DNA of 58,948 bases, the filler included. It is 5 parts of 5 records of this genome, joined end to end, with 100 filler letters (N's around TTAATTAATTAA, not from the genome) between each part and the next. Parts side by side here need not be neighbours in the genome. Positions count along the whole stretch, not along the records: positions 44,071 to 58,948 come from SRR2962707_763; 4 more parts are not named here. One strand, 5' to 3'. Shown in pieces: positions 48,368-58,948 of the stretch (the stretch's first letter is position 1; the number at the start of each line of letters is the position of its first letter). The notes beneath the pieces are model-generated. The model ran no database searches and was not told the origin of the DNA. It saw only the letters and a list, made by a program, of their open reading frames with translations. Made by a program: the position numbers and the translations under genes.

Positions 48368-51300
48368 TTAATACGTTAAATAATTGATCTCCAGCACTGT
48401 TTGATTGTACTTCAAAACAGCTGACAGATACTCGATTTGAATGTTGGCAGCTCGATCCAATAGCTGCACGTATTGAAGAAAATCGATTTCTCCATTTTGG
48501 AATGATCGATTAGCGGCAAGCATCATTTGATCGCTCAGTGCCTTTCCCGATTCCTCATAGGATGATATAGCACTCTCGTGAATACGTAGCTCCTGCTGTA
48601 ACTGCAAGAGTCTGCCTTGTAACTGGGATTGATAATTCTCTGCTTCAAGTCTTGCCTGATCTACTGCAATACGGGAGGCATTGATTCTGGATTTCTCCCC
48701 GGAATAAAGCAATGGAATACTCACCCCTACCTGAAATCCACGATAGGTAGGTGCATTTTGCGATCCATCATTTCCCTGAAAATATTCAAACTGCAAACCG
48801 GGTAACAATTGATTTTTCTTCATTGCCAAATCAGAAGCAACCAGATCAACCGATTCTTGTGCATACAGTAATCCGGGAATACTTGAAGTATCAGGAAGTG
48901 CTACAGGCAATTTGAAAATAGAATCCTGATCAATCTTCAATGCTTCATCCGTTTGAAGTAACCGATAGAGACCCGTGTAGGCTCTATCTAATTCATTTTC
49001 TGTCTGCGACTTCTTCCTTGCAGTCTCAGTGGCTAAGCTCCTGGCTGTGAGCTGCTCCAGGTAATCGGTCTCCCCCAATTCAAAACGTCGCTTGGCTGCC
49101 TCATTGAAACGAGTATAGACACTATCGAGATAGGCGTACCAACTCAATCGTTGATTGATATATACAATCTCCTGGTAGGCAATCGATACATTCTTCGTTA
49201 GCTGCCTTAAAACCTCATCATGTCTGTATTGTGACAACTGCACTTCATTCTGAAGCATCTGCTTCTTCTTTCCATAGACCGTTGGAAAATCAAAATTCTG
49301 CTGGATACCCCATAGATTCAACGGTTGATTATTGGGAGTCAGGTTGTTCTGATCCTTGTTGTAATAAACCGTTGTTTTCTCGAAGGAAAACGCACTGCTT
49401 ATCAATGTATTCGAACGCTCCACTTCCAGAGCTGATGCCTGGAATGCCTTGTTGTTTTGTTTGGCAATTTCAATGGCTTCATCCAAACCAATGGTCTTCT
49501 CTTGTGCATTCAACACTGCCGGAAGCACCAGAATTGCCAGGAATACAGCCAGCTTATTGGAGGCTTTGATTTTAAAAGATCCACGATCAAACAGGCAGTA
49601 TAGTACCGGAAGCACAACAAGTGTCAACAAGGTTGCCGTAATCAATCCACCCACAACTACCGTGGCTAAAGGGCGCTGAACCTCTGCTCCTGCCGAAGTA
49701 GAAACCGCCATCGGAAGGAAGCCAAGTGCAGCTGCAGAAGCAGTCAATAGAACTGGCCGTAATCGCTGAGTGGCTCCTTTGATCACTCGTTCTCTTACAT
49801 CGGATATCCCTTTGGCTTTGAGCTCCTTAAAATGTTCGATCAGTACAATCCCATTCAATACCGCAATCCCAAACAAAGCAATAAAACCGACCCCCGCTGA
49901 AATACTAAATGGCATTCCACGAATCCATAGCAAAAGCAATCCTCCAACTGCCGATAGTGGAATGGCGCTGTAAATCATCAACGCATCCTTTACAGATTTG
50001 AAGGCAAAATGCAACAAAATGAAAATCAGGATTAAAGCAACCGGCACAGCAACCATCAATCTCCGTTTGGCACTTCTCAGATTTTCGAATTGTCCGCCAT
50101 ACGTGACATAGTAGCCCGTTGGAAGCTGAATATGTTGCTCAATCAGAGAGCTTACATCTTCAACTACTGACTCCAGATCACGATTCCGAACGTTGATGCT
50201 TACAACTATTCTTCTCCTTGTATCATCCCGCGAAATCTTAGCCGGGCCATGCGAATACGTCACATTCGCTAAAGCTGTCAGTGGAACTTTCCCGCCTTTT
50301 GGCAGTGGGACAAAGATCTGATCGAGATTTTCAATTCCCTTTCGGAAATCCTCATTGAAACGAACTGACAAGTCGAATCGCTTTTCTCCTTCAAATACGC
50401 TTCCAGCAACCTCTCCTGCAAAACTCAGCGACACCAACTTATTTACATCGGCTATATTCAACCCGTATCTGGCAATCTTGTCACGATCATATTCCACCTT
50501 CATCTGAGGCAATCCTACCACCTTCTCCACCGTAATATCTGCTGCTCCTTCAACATTGGCAATAAGTGACTCAACCTCAAGCGCTTTCTCATATAGCAGA
50601 TCAAGATCCTCACCAAATATTTTGATAGCAAGATCTGAGCGTACTCCCGTTATCAATTCGTTGAACCGCATTTCAATCGGCTGGGTAAATTCAAAATCAA
50701 CACCTGGCAATTCCACTACAAGTGCATCTTTAATCTTATCGGCAAGTTCATCCTTGCTACTCGCTGATTCCCACTCACTTTTATCCTTCAAAGTGAAGAT
50801 GACATCCGTCTCCTCCATGGACATTGGATCTGTTGGAACTTCTGCTGCTCCAATTCTGGTGACCACTTGTTTCACCTCAGGAAATCGCTTGATGATTTGC
50901 TCGATTTCCGTAGTGATTTCAACCGTCTTGGAAAGCGAAGTGCCTGTTTTCAAAACCGGTTGAATTACAAAGTCTCCTTCATCGAGAGTTGGCACAAATT
51001 CGCCTCCCATTCTTGAAAACAAGAAAACCGTCCCTGCGAGCAATAAAGTCGCAATGGTCAACACAGCTTTCTTGTGACTGAGGGCCCAGGTCAAGACAGG
51101 CTCATACAGCTTTCCAATTCCGGCGATGAGTTTGGCAGATATACCCCCTTCTTTTTTGGATGGACGAATAAAAAGGCTTGAAATAACAGGTACGTACGTG
51201 AAGCCAAAGATCATTGCCCCCAACAGCGCAAAACAGAAAGTAAGCGCCATGGGTATGAACATCTTACCCTCCACATTCGTCAATGAGAGAATCGGAATGA

Positions 51301-52690
51301 ATACGATAATAATAATCAACTGACCAAAGATTGCAGATCGCATCATTTTGGTCGTACTCTCAAAGGTGATTTCATCTACCCTTTCTTTCCGATCAGCAGC
51401 ATCTAATCCTAGCAGCTCCTTCTGATTGCTGGTGATCTTGAATGCAATAAATTCCACGATAATCACTGCTCCGTCTATGATGATCCCAAAGTCAATTGCT
51501 CCCAAACTCATCAGGTTGGCGTCTATTCCAAAGATGTACATGAGTGAGATGGCAAAGAGTAGCGCAAGCGGAATGATTGAAGCTACCACCAAGCCTGACC
51601 TCATATTACCCAAAAGCAATACAACCACAAATACCACGATCAAACAGCCCAAAACCAGATTTTCAGTAATGGTAAAAGTGGTTTTACCTATCAACTCGCT
51701 TCTTTCCAAAAATGGATTGATGGTAATACCTGGAGGAAGTGTTGGTTGAATTTCAGCAACACGTTCTTTTACCGCGTCAATTACAGCTTTCGAATTGGCG
51801 TCTTTCAACATCATCACCTGCCCAAGTACTTTCTCGCCTTCTCCATTTCCTGTTACTGCTCCAAAGCGAGTGGCATAACCATAACCAACCTCTGCCACAT
51901 CTTTGATGAAGACGGGATTACCATTCCTGGTCTCAACTACAATGTTTTCAATATCTTCAAAGGAAGTGACCAGACCTTCGCCACGAATAAAATAACTCTG
52001 ATTCGTTCGTTCGATGTATCCTCCACCGGCTACACTGTTGTTCATCTCCAATGCATCAAGTACCTGAAATGGTGTGATATTCATCGCATTAAGATGTTCA
52101 GGATTGATTGATACCTCATAGCGTTTAAGAAACCCTCCCCAGGTATTCACCTCCACTACTCCTGGTATTCCTGAAAGTTGACGTTTCACAATCCAGTCCT
52201 GAATGGTTCTCAAGTCCATGGCAGAATACCGATCCTTATAAGCTGGGTCCACATCCAAAACGTACTGATAAATCTCTCCCAGACCAGTAGTTATTGGCCC
52301 CATTTCAGGGCTCCCAAAACCAGCAGGAATTTTATCGGACGCTGTTTTGATCTTTTCGGCAATCAATTGCCTGGGCAGATACGTCCCAATATCATCATCA
52401 AAGACGATTGTCACAACCGACAGACCAAATTTGGAAATGGATCTTATCTCCTTGACACCCGGCAGGTTGGCCATCTCCAATTCAATGGGATAAGTGATGA
52501 ACTGCTCAATATCCTGCGTGGACAAGTTTCGCGAGGTAGTAATTACCTGCACCTGATTATTCGTGATATCAGGAACTGCCCCAATTGGGATTTGAGTGAG
52601 TGAATAGATGCCAAAGGCAAATACGCTGATGGTAAATAATATGATGATCAGCTTATTCTTCAAGCTGAATCGAACAAGATTTTCTAACAT
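48368..52690 (-). CDS. CusA/CzcA heavy-metal RND transporter fused to a C-terminal TolC-like outer-membrane factor
   Basis: AVPDITNNQVQV, MSLGAIDFGIIIDG, RLRPVLLTA and EVQRPLATVV, plus about 400 aa of OEP-like tail. Confidence 0.95.
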   Translation of the reverse strand: MLENLVRFSLKNKLIIILFTISVFAFGIYSLTQIPIGAVPDITNNQVQVITTSRNLSTQDIEQFITYPIELEMANLPGVKEIRSISKFGLSVVTIVFDDDIGTYLPRQLIAEKIKTASDKIPAGFGSPEMGPITTGLGEIYQYVLDVDPAYKDRYSAMDLRTIQDWIVKRQLSGIPGVVEVNTWGGFLKRYEVSINPEHLNAMNITPFQVLDALEMNNSVAGGGYIERTNQSYFIRGEGLVTSFEDIENIVVETRNGNPVFIKDVAEVGYGYATRFGAVTGNGEGEKVLGQVMMLKDANSKAVIDAVKERVAEIQPTLPPGITINPFLERSELIGKTTFTITENLVLGCLIVVFVVVLLLGNMRSGLVVASIIPLALLFAISLMYIFGIDANLMSLGAIDFGIIIDGAVIIVEFIAFKITSNQKELLGLDAADRKERVDEITFESTTKMMRSAIFGQLIIIIVFIPILSLTNVEGKMFIPMALTFCFALLGAMIFGFTYVPVISSLFIRPSKKEGGISAKLIAGIGKLYEPVLTWALSHKKAVLTIATLLLAGTVFLFSRMGGEFVPTLDEGDFVIQPVLKTGTSLSKTVEITTEIEQIIKRFPEVKQVVTRIGAAEVPTDPMSMEETDVIFTLKDKSEWESASSKDELADKIKDALVVELPGVDFEFTQPIEMRFNELITGVRSDLAIKIFGEDLDLLYEKALEVESLIANVEGAADITVEKVVGLPQMKVEYDRDKIARYGLNIADVNKLVSLSFAGEVAGSVFEGEKRFDLSVRFNEDFRKGIENLDQIFVPLPKGGKVPLTALANVTYSHGPAKISRDDTRRRIVVSINVRNRDLESVVEDVSSLIEQHIQLPTGYYVTYGGQFENLRSAKRRLMVAVPVALILIFILLHFAFKSVKDALMIYSAIPLSAVGGLLLLWIRGMPFSISAGVGFIALFGIAVLNGIVLIEHFKELKAKGISDVRERVIKGATQRLRPVLLTASAAALGFLPMAVSTSAGAEVQRPLATVVVGGLITATLLTLVVLPVLYCLFDRGSFKIKASNKLAVFLAILVLPAVLNAQEKTIGLDEAIEIAKQNNKAFQASALEVERSNTLISSAFSFEKTTVYYNKDQNNLTPNNQPLNLWGIQQNFDFPTVYGKKKQMLQNEVQLSQYRHDEVLRQLTKNVSIAYQEIVYINQRLSWYAYLDSVYTRFNEAAKRRFELGETDYLEQLTARSLATETARKKSQTENELDRAYTGLYRLLQTDEALKIDQDSIFKLPVALPDTSSIPGLLYAQESVDLVASDLAMKKNQLLPGLQFEYFQGNDGSQNAPTYRGFQVGVSIPLLYSGEKSRINASRIAVDQARLEAENYQSQLQGRLLQLQQELRIHESAISSYEESGKALSDQMMLAANRSFQNGEIDFLQYVQLLDRAANIQIEYLSAVLKYNQTVLEINYLTY

Positions 52691-52741
52691 GAAATTAAGT
52701 TTTAGAACAACAATTGGATAGGATGTGAAATCCTTTCGGGT

Positions 52742-53110
52742 TTAAGCCAATTGTGGAGGGCCTCTAAAACTTATTTGATAGGAAAAGTGCTGGGGAACAA
52801 TTACAGATTCGTATTCAACCCAAACTGGTTGATCATCCTCTGCATTGATATGTTGAAACTCAAAACTTGCTAATTCTGAAGCTATGAATACAAATGTGGC
52901 AGAAGAAGCTTTCTCAAACTCTTCCAGATGATTCTCACCTGGATTAGTATGAAAAGCAAGTAAAATGTAATCGAGTAGTGAATCAGCTTGTTCATGCTCG
53001 ATGACATGTCGATCGTCAGGAATCTGATCATGATGCTGATGAGGCAATAGGGTATGCAGCATCAGAATACTGATGGCTAGAAACACTGCTATTTTGCCTA
53101 TTCTCTTCAT
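52742..53110 (-). CDS. His-rich exported leader protein ending in RGPP (DUF2946-like)
   Basis: Hydrophobic N-terminus, then LPHQHHD...HVIEHE...FHTNPGENHLE and a C-terminal SFRGPPQLA. Lies directly upstream of czcA. Confidence 0.8.
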   Translation of the reverse strand: MKRIGKIAVFLAISILMLHTLLPHQHHDQIPDDRHVIEHEQADSLLDYILLAFHTNPGENHLEEFEKASSATFVFIASELASFEFQHINAEDDQPVWVEYESVIVPQHFSYQISFRGPPQLA

Positions 53111-53211
53111 TGCTTATGCAATTTACGGATATCTCTATGGAATGTTGATTAGCTGAGCTAATTGAGAATTATTCTACATAACCCCTACTTATAATTTAAT
53201 TCCATTTGAGT

Positions 53212-53236
53212 TTAGTTGCATAAACAACTAATTTTG
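53212..53236 (+). promoter_or_regulatory. Palindromic operator overlapping the -7 promoter element
   Basis: TTAGTTG-CATAAA-CAACTAA (53212-53231) overlaps TAATTTTG (53229-53236). Confidence 0.6.
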
Positions 53237-53257
53237 CATTCTTAAAAAATATAGTGC

Positions 53258-54493
53258 ATGAATTGGGAATCATACAGTCATTCGAAGCTCAAGAAAATCG
53301 TATTTGATGCGTTGGAGAAGAACTTGGATTACAGACATAAACCTGTTCTTGGATTACCTGCCTCGTATCTTGATACAGAGGTTTTTTATCAAGATGCCCC
53401 ATTTCTGAAGGACGCTCCTTTCCTTTCTTCAATGATTGCTAACCCAAATCATATTGGCTGTCATACCCTGAATGAATCCGAAACAGCTTTTGAAGGAACG
53501 CAGAAAATTGAAGCTGAATTGATTCAATTATGCGCTAAAGAAATATTTGGAGGTGAAGATCCAAGTTACGACGGATATGTGGCTTCTGGTGGTACGGAGG
53601 CTAACATTCAGGCCATTTGGGTATTGAAGCGGTATTACGAAAAGGAATTCAATGCAAGGCCCGATGAAATCACGTTGGTGTTTTCAGAGGATGCCCACTA
53701 CTCTATGCCAAAGGCAGCAAGCCTACTGAGTCTGGACACCACCATTCTTTCTGTTGATTTCGAAACACGAGCTTACAGCGAATCTGCTCCAGAACAACTC
53801 CAAGCAGCAAAGGAAGCCGGTAAGAAATACTTCATCATAGTGCTTAACATGGGAACGACCATGTTTGGATCGATCGATGATATCGATACGATTACCAATT
53901 GGATGGATTCTTTAGATGTTGATTATAAAATTCATGTAGATGGCGCATTCGGAGGATTCATCTATCCTTTCTCAGATCCGAACTCCAAACTCACCTTCAA
54001 TCATCCAAAGATCAATTCTTTCACTCTGGATGGCCATAAAATGCTGCAATCCCCTTATGGGACAGGGATATATCTTACTCGAAAAGGGTTCATGGATTAT
54101 GCATTGACAGAAGAAGCCAATTACGTCAAAGGGAAAGATTATACATTAATTGGGAGTCGTTCCGGTGCGAATGCAATAGCTGTTTGGATGATTATTCGAA
54201 CGTATGGCTCTGACGGTTGGCAAATGAAAATCAAAAACCTGTTGAAAAAAACAGATCGTCTGTGTGATCAATTGGATGAGAGAGGCATTGCGTATTACCG
54301 AAATCCATTAATGAACATTGTTACCATTAAAGCCGAATTCATTAGTGAGCAAACCTCGCATGACTATCTGTTAGTACCGGATAAACATGATGGCCAACCA
54401 GATTGGTACAAAATAGTAGTAATGGATCATGTGACTCAAGGGTTCCTGGATCGTTTCTTAATGGAGCTTCGCTCTGAAGTTAAAATCGATTGA
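53258..54493 (+). CDS. Group II PLP-dependent amino-acid decarboxylase (MfnA/PanP-like)
   Basis: SGGTEANIQA, AHYS, GTTMFGSIDD, HVDGAFGG, DGHKM (PLP Lys) and GSRSGA. Confidence 0.88.
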   Translation: MNWESYSHSKLKKIVFDALEKNLDYRHKPVLGLPASYLDTEVFYQDAPFLKDAPFLSSMIANPNHIGCHTLNESETAFEGTQKIEAELIQLCAKEIFGGEDPSYDGYVASGGTEANIQAIWVLKRYYEKEFNARPDEITLVFSEDAHYSMPKAASLLSLDTTILSVDFETRAYSESAPEQLQAAKEAGKKYFIIVLNMGTTMFGSIDDIDTITNWMDSLDVDYKIHVDGAFGGFIYPFSDPNSKLTFNHPKINSFTLDGHKMLQSPYGTGIYLTRKGFMDYALTEEANYVKGKDYTLIGSRSGANAIAVWMIIRTYGSDGWQMKIKNLLKKTDRLCDQLDERGIAYYRNPLMNIVTIKAEFISEQTSHDYLLVPDKHDGQPDWYKIVVMDHVTQGFLDRFLMELRSEVKID

Positions 54494-54503
54494 GCCCTTC
54501 AGC

Positions 54504-56240
54504 CTAGTTATCTGAGAGTACCAGTTGGTCAGTGGCTTTCTTCATAGATTCGGAAATTTCAGCAAAGTGACTAATCCTACTATTGAAAGAATCCATACCG
54601 CTGGATAACTCTGTGGCAGAAGCTGAAACCTGCTCAGTTCCCGCAGCAGTTTCCTCTGCTACAACAACTATATTCTCTGTGATTGATACCACCTCATTGA
54701 TTTTAGTAATCTGCTCCTGGGCGGCATCCAAAATACTCTTGGAAGACTCCAATGTTTTAATGGTTACCTCATGTATCTCCTTAAAAGAGGCCGATGCTTC
54801 CATGGACTTCTCCTTACCTGCACCAATCTTGCTCAACATCTCTTTCATTGATTGTCCGGCCGTGTGCGTGTCATTTTGAACATCTTTCACGAGTTTCTCA
54901 ATCTCTGAAGCCGATTTTTTGGAATCTTCAGCAAGTTTCCGAATCTCCTCTGCAACCACAGCGAATCCCCTCCCAGCATCTCCAGCTTGAGCTGCTTCAA
55001 TAGCTGCATTCAGGGCAAGTAAGTTAGTTTGTGATGAGATTTCTGAAATCACACTAAGAACAGTGTTTATTTCAATAGATCTATTCATAAGGACTTCCAT
55101 CGATGCATTTGTCTCCTCAGCATAGTTGGAAATATCAGACATGCTTCCCTGAACTTCATCAGAAATTGACATTCCCTTCTCACTTCTTTCCGCTCCTAGA
55201 GAAGCTGAGCGAGTAATTTCTTCTGCTCTTTTTCCCATCTCGCTAGATGAACTGCGAATGCCTTCTATCAAGGAAGATGATTCATCTACCTTTTGCATTT
55301 GTGTTTGCGCTCCCCTACTCATTTCAGTAATGGAGGTAGCAATCTCACTGGTATTGACACTTATTTCCTGACTAGTAATGGACATTTCTACTGTTGCAGC
55401 ATCTATCACAACCGTGTTTTGAACAACGCCTTTTAGAATTTGATCAAGATTAATGAGCGCATTATTCAGATTTTGCTTCAAGGTATCGATATCTCCCACA
55501 GCCTCTAGTTCAAATCTCTTTGTTAAATCTCCAACTGAAAGGCTTTCCAGAATTTGATTGATTTGGACAAGGGGTGTGACAAATGAACCTAATAGCTCAT
55601 TAACTGAATGGCCTAAATCATGCCATGCTCCATGCTTATTAGAAATATCTATGCTGGCTTTCAGATTTCCATTTAAGCTTGCTTCTTCAACTACTCTCTT
55701 GGTGTCATCAATACCTTCACTTAGATGCTTCTTCATCATCGTAAGTGCATTTCCTAACTCATCCTTTTCACTCCTGATTTTATACTCTGCACTCAAATCA
55801 CCCTCACCCACACTTGAGGCAAAAACAGAAATATCTTTAAGCATCTGTACGAAGCGATTGAAAGAATGATAGGTATCTGAAATCTCGTTATTCTTCAGCA
55901 GGTATTTTGCATTGATCGTAATAGCAAAGTCCCCTTGATTCATCTTATCCAAATGAATAATCATACCCCTGATTGGATTTCTAACTTCATTGATGAGGTA
56001 GTAAAACATCAATATAATAACAGACATACCTAATGGGACAGCCCAAAAAAGATTGATTAATCCATAGGCTGCAGTGGTGTAACCGAGAAACGCGATTATG
56101 AGACAAACGACTACAATGAGGTGAGAGAGTTTGAGCAAGAAAGACTTTCTAAAGAGGAAATAGCTTATTCCAATTAGTAATGCAGCGGTAAGTATTACAG
56201 CGATGCTAAAAATGGTAAAATCACTCATATTGACTTTCAA
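54504..56240 (-). CDS. Methyl-accepting chemotaxis-like protein (TM-HAMP-MCP)
   Basis: [35 protein letters not shown], with N-terminal TM helices and HAMP-like repeats. The start may be the ATG at 56228. Confidence 0.92.
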   Translation of the reverse strand: MKVNMSDFTIFSIAVILTAALLIGISYFLFRKSFLLKLSHLIVVVCLIIAFLGYTTAAYGLINLFWAVPLGMSVIILMFYYLINEVRNPIRGMIIHLDKMNQGDFAITINAKYLLKNNEISDTYHSFNRFVQMLKDISVFASSVGEGDLSAEYKIRSEKDELGNALTMMKKHLSEGIDDTKRVVEEASLNGNLKASIDISNKHGAWHDLGHSVNELLGSFVTPLVQINQILESLSVGDLTKRFELEAVGDIDTLKQNLNNALINLDQILKGVVQNTVVIDAATVEMSITSQEISVNTSEIATSITEMSRGAQTQMQKVDESSSLIEGIRSSSSEMGKRAEEITRSASLGAERSEKGMSISDEVQGSMSDISNYAEETNASMEVLMNRSIEINTVLSVISEISSQTNLLALNAAIEAAQAGDAGRGFAVVAEEIRKLAEDSKKSASEIEKLVKDVQNDTHTAGQSMKEMLSKIGAGKEKSMEASASFKEIHEVTIKTLESSKSILDAAQEQITKINEVVSITENIVVVAEETAAGTEQVSASATELSSGMDSFNSRISHFAEISESMKKATDQLVLSDN

Positions 56241-56398
56241 TTGACGGTTTAGGCAGTGGTGGACTAACTAATAGTCCTCAACGATGAGTGATTATTTCCT
56301 AGCTACTACAAAGTAATACAATTAATAAATTAAGATATGATTCGATTAGTTCAACCAAGTCCATTGGTCGACTAATTGAGGTCTATAGCACATGATAT

Positions 56399-57637
56399 TT
56401 ATTCGAATCTTAAAGAATCGATTGGGTCTAGCTTAGAGGCTTTGTAGGCTGGAATGTATCCTGAGATTAGTCCTACCACCACACCAATTAAAACAGCTAT
56501 TAACATCCATAGCCAAGGCACTACAAATCCGGAATTAAATATGACTGTGGCAGTCAAATTACCAATGGCCATACCGAAGATGATACCTCCGATTCCGCCC
56601 ATCTGACAGATAACAATGGCTTCAATCAGGAATTGTTGACGAATCTTCAAAGGAGTGGCGCCTAATGCTTTTCGAACACCAATTTCCCTTGTGCGCTCAG
56701 TTACAGAAACCATCATGATGTTCATCAAACCAATTGAGGCGCCTATTAGTGTAACAAAACCAATGGCAAATCCACCAGCTCGAAGATAGCCAGTGATCTC
56801 ACCCATTCTTTCTGCCAAAGATTTACTGGCCGTCAAGGCGAATGAATCTTCTTCTCCCGGTCGATCCTGGCGAATTGCGCGCATTAGTCCACGAGCAATG
56901 CCCATTGCATTGTCCATTTGTGTCGGATCAGGAACTGCTACAGCAATTTCATAACCGAAATTTCTCTCAGGAGCAATGATCCTTGCTGTTTGCATTGGTA
57001 TAATGATGGTACGATCAATATTCGACGTTCCGCTTGCTCCTCCTTGTTCAGCAATTGTTCCAACAATTCTAAACTTAGAACCCATCAGGCTGATTTTCTT
57101 TCCTATCGGGCTTTCTCCATCGGTGAATAATTCATCAATAACGTCACTACCAACCAAAGCGACATAACTGCCATTCAAACTTTCATTCGCTGAAAATGGA
57201 CGACCTTCCGCCACATCATAACCATCCACGGTCAAATAATTTTCGTCACCACCACGAACTATCTGATTAGGATTGGTCACTTTCGATCCGTACTTCACTT
57301 CTGCCTGACCTGTAATTACTGTATAAATAGATACAGTTCCGGGTCCTTCATATTTTTCCTTGAATTGTAAAAGCTGGCTATAGGTAACTTTTGGATATGT
57401 CTTTTCTTTTTTTCCGCTTGATGAGCCTCTGCTTCTACGCCTATCTTCAATATCGAATGTATTGGCACCAAGACTTGAGAAAGAGCTATTGATTGAGTTT
57501 TGGATTCCATCAATGGCTGTCAGAATTCCAACCAATGAGGTTATTCCGATGGAAATAATTGCAGCGGTCAGGAATGTCCTTAATTTATTGGCTTTGATCG
57601 ATTTGATACCTTCTTTGACGTTCTCGCGGATGTTCAT
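56399..57637 (-). CDS. MacB/FtsX-family ABC transporter permease
   Basis: [34 protein letters not shown] and [11 protein letters not shown]. Confidence 0.95.
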   Translation of the reverse strand: MNIRENVKEGIKSIKANKLRTFLTAAIISIGITSLVGILTAIDGIQNSINSSFSSLGANTFDIEDRRRSRGSSSGKKEKTYPKVTYSQLLQFKEKYEGPGTVSIYTVITGQAEVKYGSKVTNPNQIVRGGDENYLTVDGYDVAEGRPFSANESLNGSYVALVGSDVIDELFTDGESPIGKKISLMGSKFRIVGTIAEQGGASGTSNIDRTIIIPMQTARIIAPERNFGYEIAVAVPDPTQMDNAMGIARGLMRAIRQDRPGEEDSFALTASKSLAERMGEITGYLRAGGFAIGFVTLIGASIGLMNIMMVSVTERTREIGVRKALGATPLKIRQQFLIEAIVICQMGGIGGIIFGMAIGNLTATVIFNSGFVVPWLWMLIAVLIGVVVGLISGYIPAYKASKLDPIDSLRFE

Positions 57638-57697
57638 AGGTTAGCTTTAGAAAAACACTCGGTTTTGATTAACGTTGTATAGACAAAAGTGATGCAT

Positions 57698-58948
57698 ATG
57701 CGGGGAATATTGTTACTAATTCTTTTAAATATATCTGTTTCGGTAAAGGCGGCTTACATCCTGATACCCATGGATGAGACTCAATCCAATCATTTAAAGG
57801 CATACGGAATAGCCTATTGGATTTTGACAAAAGATGTGAGTATCGACTGGATGCTGAATTATAAAGGTGGCAGCTTCATGGTAAAACACCTGCAGGTTTT
57901 TGAAAATGAATGCATCATTCGAGGTGTCTCCTATCAAGTCATTTCTGATGCTGAAGCAAATGATATTCTAAATGTTATTGCGAGTCCCTCTTCAAATATG
58001 GACGTGATGAAGCTCGAGAAATTTCCAAAAATAGCTGTTTATTCTCCAAAGAGTAAACAACCCTGGGATGATGCAGTAACCTTAGTCTTAACTTATGCAG
58101 AGATACCCTATGATGTCATTTTTGATGATGAAATCATGGGTGATGAACTTCCAAAGTACGACTGGCTCCATTTGCATCATGAGGATTTCACAGGACAATA
58201 CGGAAAGTTTTATCGCGCCTACCATCATTTCCCATGGTACCAGCAGCAGCAAAGGGATTATGAGGAATCAGCCCGTAAGCATGGATTTAATAAAGTCTCT
58301 CTTTTGAAACTTGCGACTGTTAACAAAATCAAATCGTATGTAGCAAGCGGAGGATTTTTGTTTGCTATGTGCTCAGCAACTGACACCTATGATATTGCAT
58401 TGGCAGCAGAAGGTCTTGATATTGTAGAAAGCATTTACGATGGAGATCCGGCAGATCCAAGGGCTCAGTCCAAGCTGGATTTTTCCAAGACCATGGCGTT
58501 TGAAAATTTCACTATCGAGCGAGATCCCATGCGTTATGAGTATTCCAACATCGACAATCAAGCAAATGAACGTGGGTTAGTAGAAAACAATGATTACTTC
58601 ACATTATTTGAATTTTCTGCTAAATGGGATCCTATCCCCACCATGCTGACCCAAAACCATCAGCAGATCATTCATGGATTCATGGGACAAACTACTGGTT
58701 TTAAAAAAGGTTTGGTGAAAGGTGATGTAATCGTTATGGGGCAAACACCCAGCATACAAGAGGCTAAATACATCCATGGTGTATTGGGTCGTGGGTTCTG
58801 GACATTCTATGGTGGACATGATCCCGAGGACTACCAGCATTTTGTAAATGAACCCCCAACTGATCTCAACCTTCACCCTAATTCTCCAGGATACCGGTTG
58901 ATTCTGAACAACATCCTATTTCCGGCAGCTAAGAAGAAAAAGCAGAAG
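57698..58948 (+). CDS. Conserved secreted Bacteroidota protein (often labelled 'asparagine synthetase B'), 3'-truncated at window end
   Basis: Not in the ORF track because it has no stop. MRGILLLILL...AYILIPMDETQSNHLKAYGIAYW...PWDDAV...WLHLHHEDFTGQYGKF...FAMCSATD...YGGHDPED...LILNNILFPAAKKKKQK. Confidence 0.85.
   Translation, partial: MRGILLLILLNISVSVKAAYILIPMDETQSNHLKAYGIAYWILTKDVSIDWMLNYKGGSFMVKHLQVFENECIIRGVSYQVISDAEANDILNVIASPSSNMDVMKLEKFPKIAVYSPKSKQPWDDAVTLVLTYAEIPYDVIFDDEIMGDELPKYDWLHLHHEDFTGQYGKFYRAYHHFPWYQQQQRDYEESARKHGFNKVSLLKLATVNKIKSYVASGGFLFAMCSATDTYDIALAAEGLDIVESIYDGDPADPRAQSKLDFSKTMAFENFTIERDPMRYEYSNIDNQANERGLVENNDYFTLFEFSAKWDPIPTMLTQNHQQIIHGFMGQTTGFKKGLVKGDVIVMGQTPSIQEAKYIHGVLGRGFWTFYGGHDPEDYQHFVNEPPTDLNLHPNSPGYRLILNNILFPAAKKKKQK

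Noticed and set aside
48368-52690. CzcA-TolC fusion as a novelty
   Set aside because: This architecture is common in Bacteroidota heavy-metal RND systems.
56343-56378. Imperfect hairpin between the ABC permease and MCP genes
   Set aside because: There is no U-tract, and I cannot distinguish a terminator from an operator.

Overview
The window is five unrelated contigs joined by artificial 100-nt linkers (N-run + TTAATTAATTAA + N-run) at 14214-14313, 20937-21036, 38312-38411 and 43971-44070. (1) 1-14213: Bacteroidota (Cytophagales-like) low-oxygen/stress island with a FixL-like PAS kinase, a REC-Crp/Fnr hybrid regulator, two USPs, a ccoI-type P1B ATPase, Hsp20, OsmC, ccoS and ccoN. Its promoters carry tandem TGA-N6-TCA boxes at a fixed 22-bp spacing. 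(2) 14314-20936: AT-rich Flavobacteriaceae-like contig with a T9SS type-B adhesin plus PorP/SprF, probable 6S RNA, idi, queD, manA and the 5' part of a tRNA. (3) 21037-38311: AT-rich Flavobacteriaceae-like contig with a SusC/SusD-based aminophosphonate/organophosphorus utilisation locus: four exported phosphoesterases, a PbfA-like lyase, a TIGR03364 oxidase, a PhnX-like HAD, a DUF5690 membrane protein and an XRE regulator with a repeated TTACAAATAGTAA site. (4) 38412-43970: intron-rich eukaryotic contig with a 12-exon GH10 glycosidase and a TFIIB/BRF-like gene. (5) 44071-58948: Cytophagales-like contig with a Mn/Zn ABC operon interrupted by a four-helix-bundle gene bracketed by inverted heptamer arrays, apt, a CzcA-TolC efflux system with a His-rich RGPP leader, a PLP decarboxylase, an MCP and an ABC permease. 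Best leads: the heptamer-bracketed four-helix-bundle element, the phosphonate locus with its operator, the tandem-box hypoxia regulon and the RGPP leader. All family and taxon assignments come from motif recognition by eye, not database searches.
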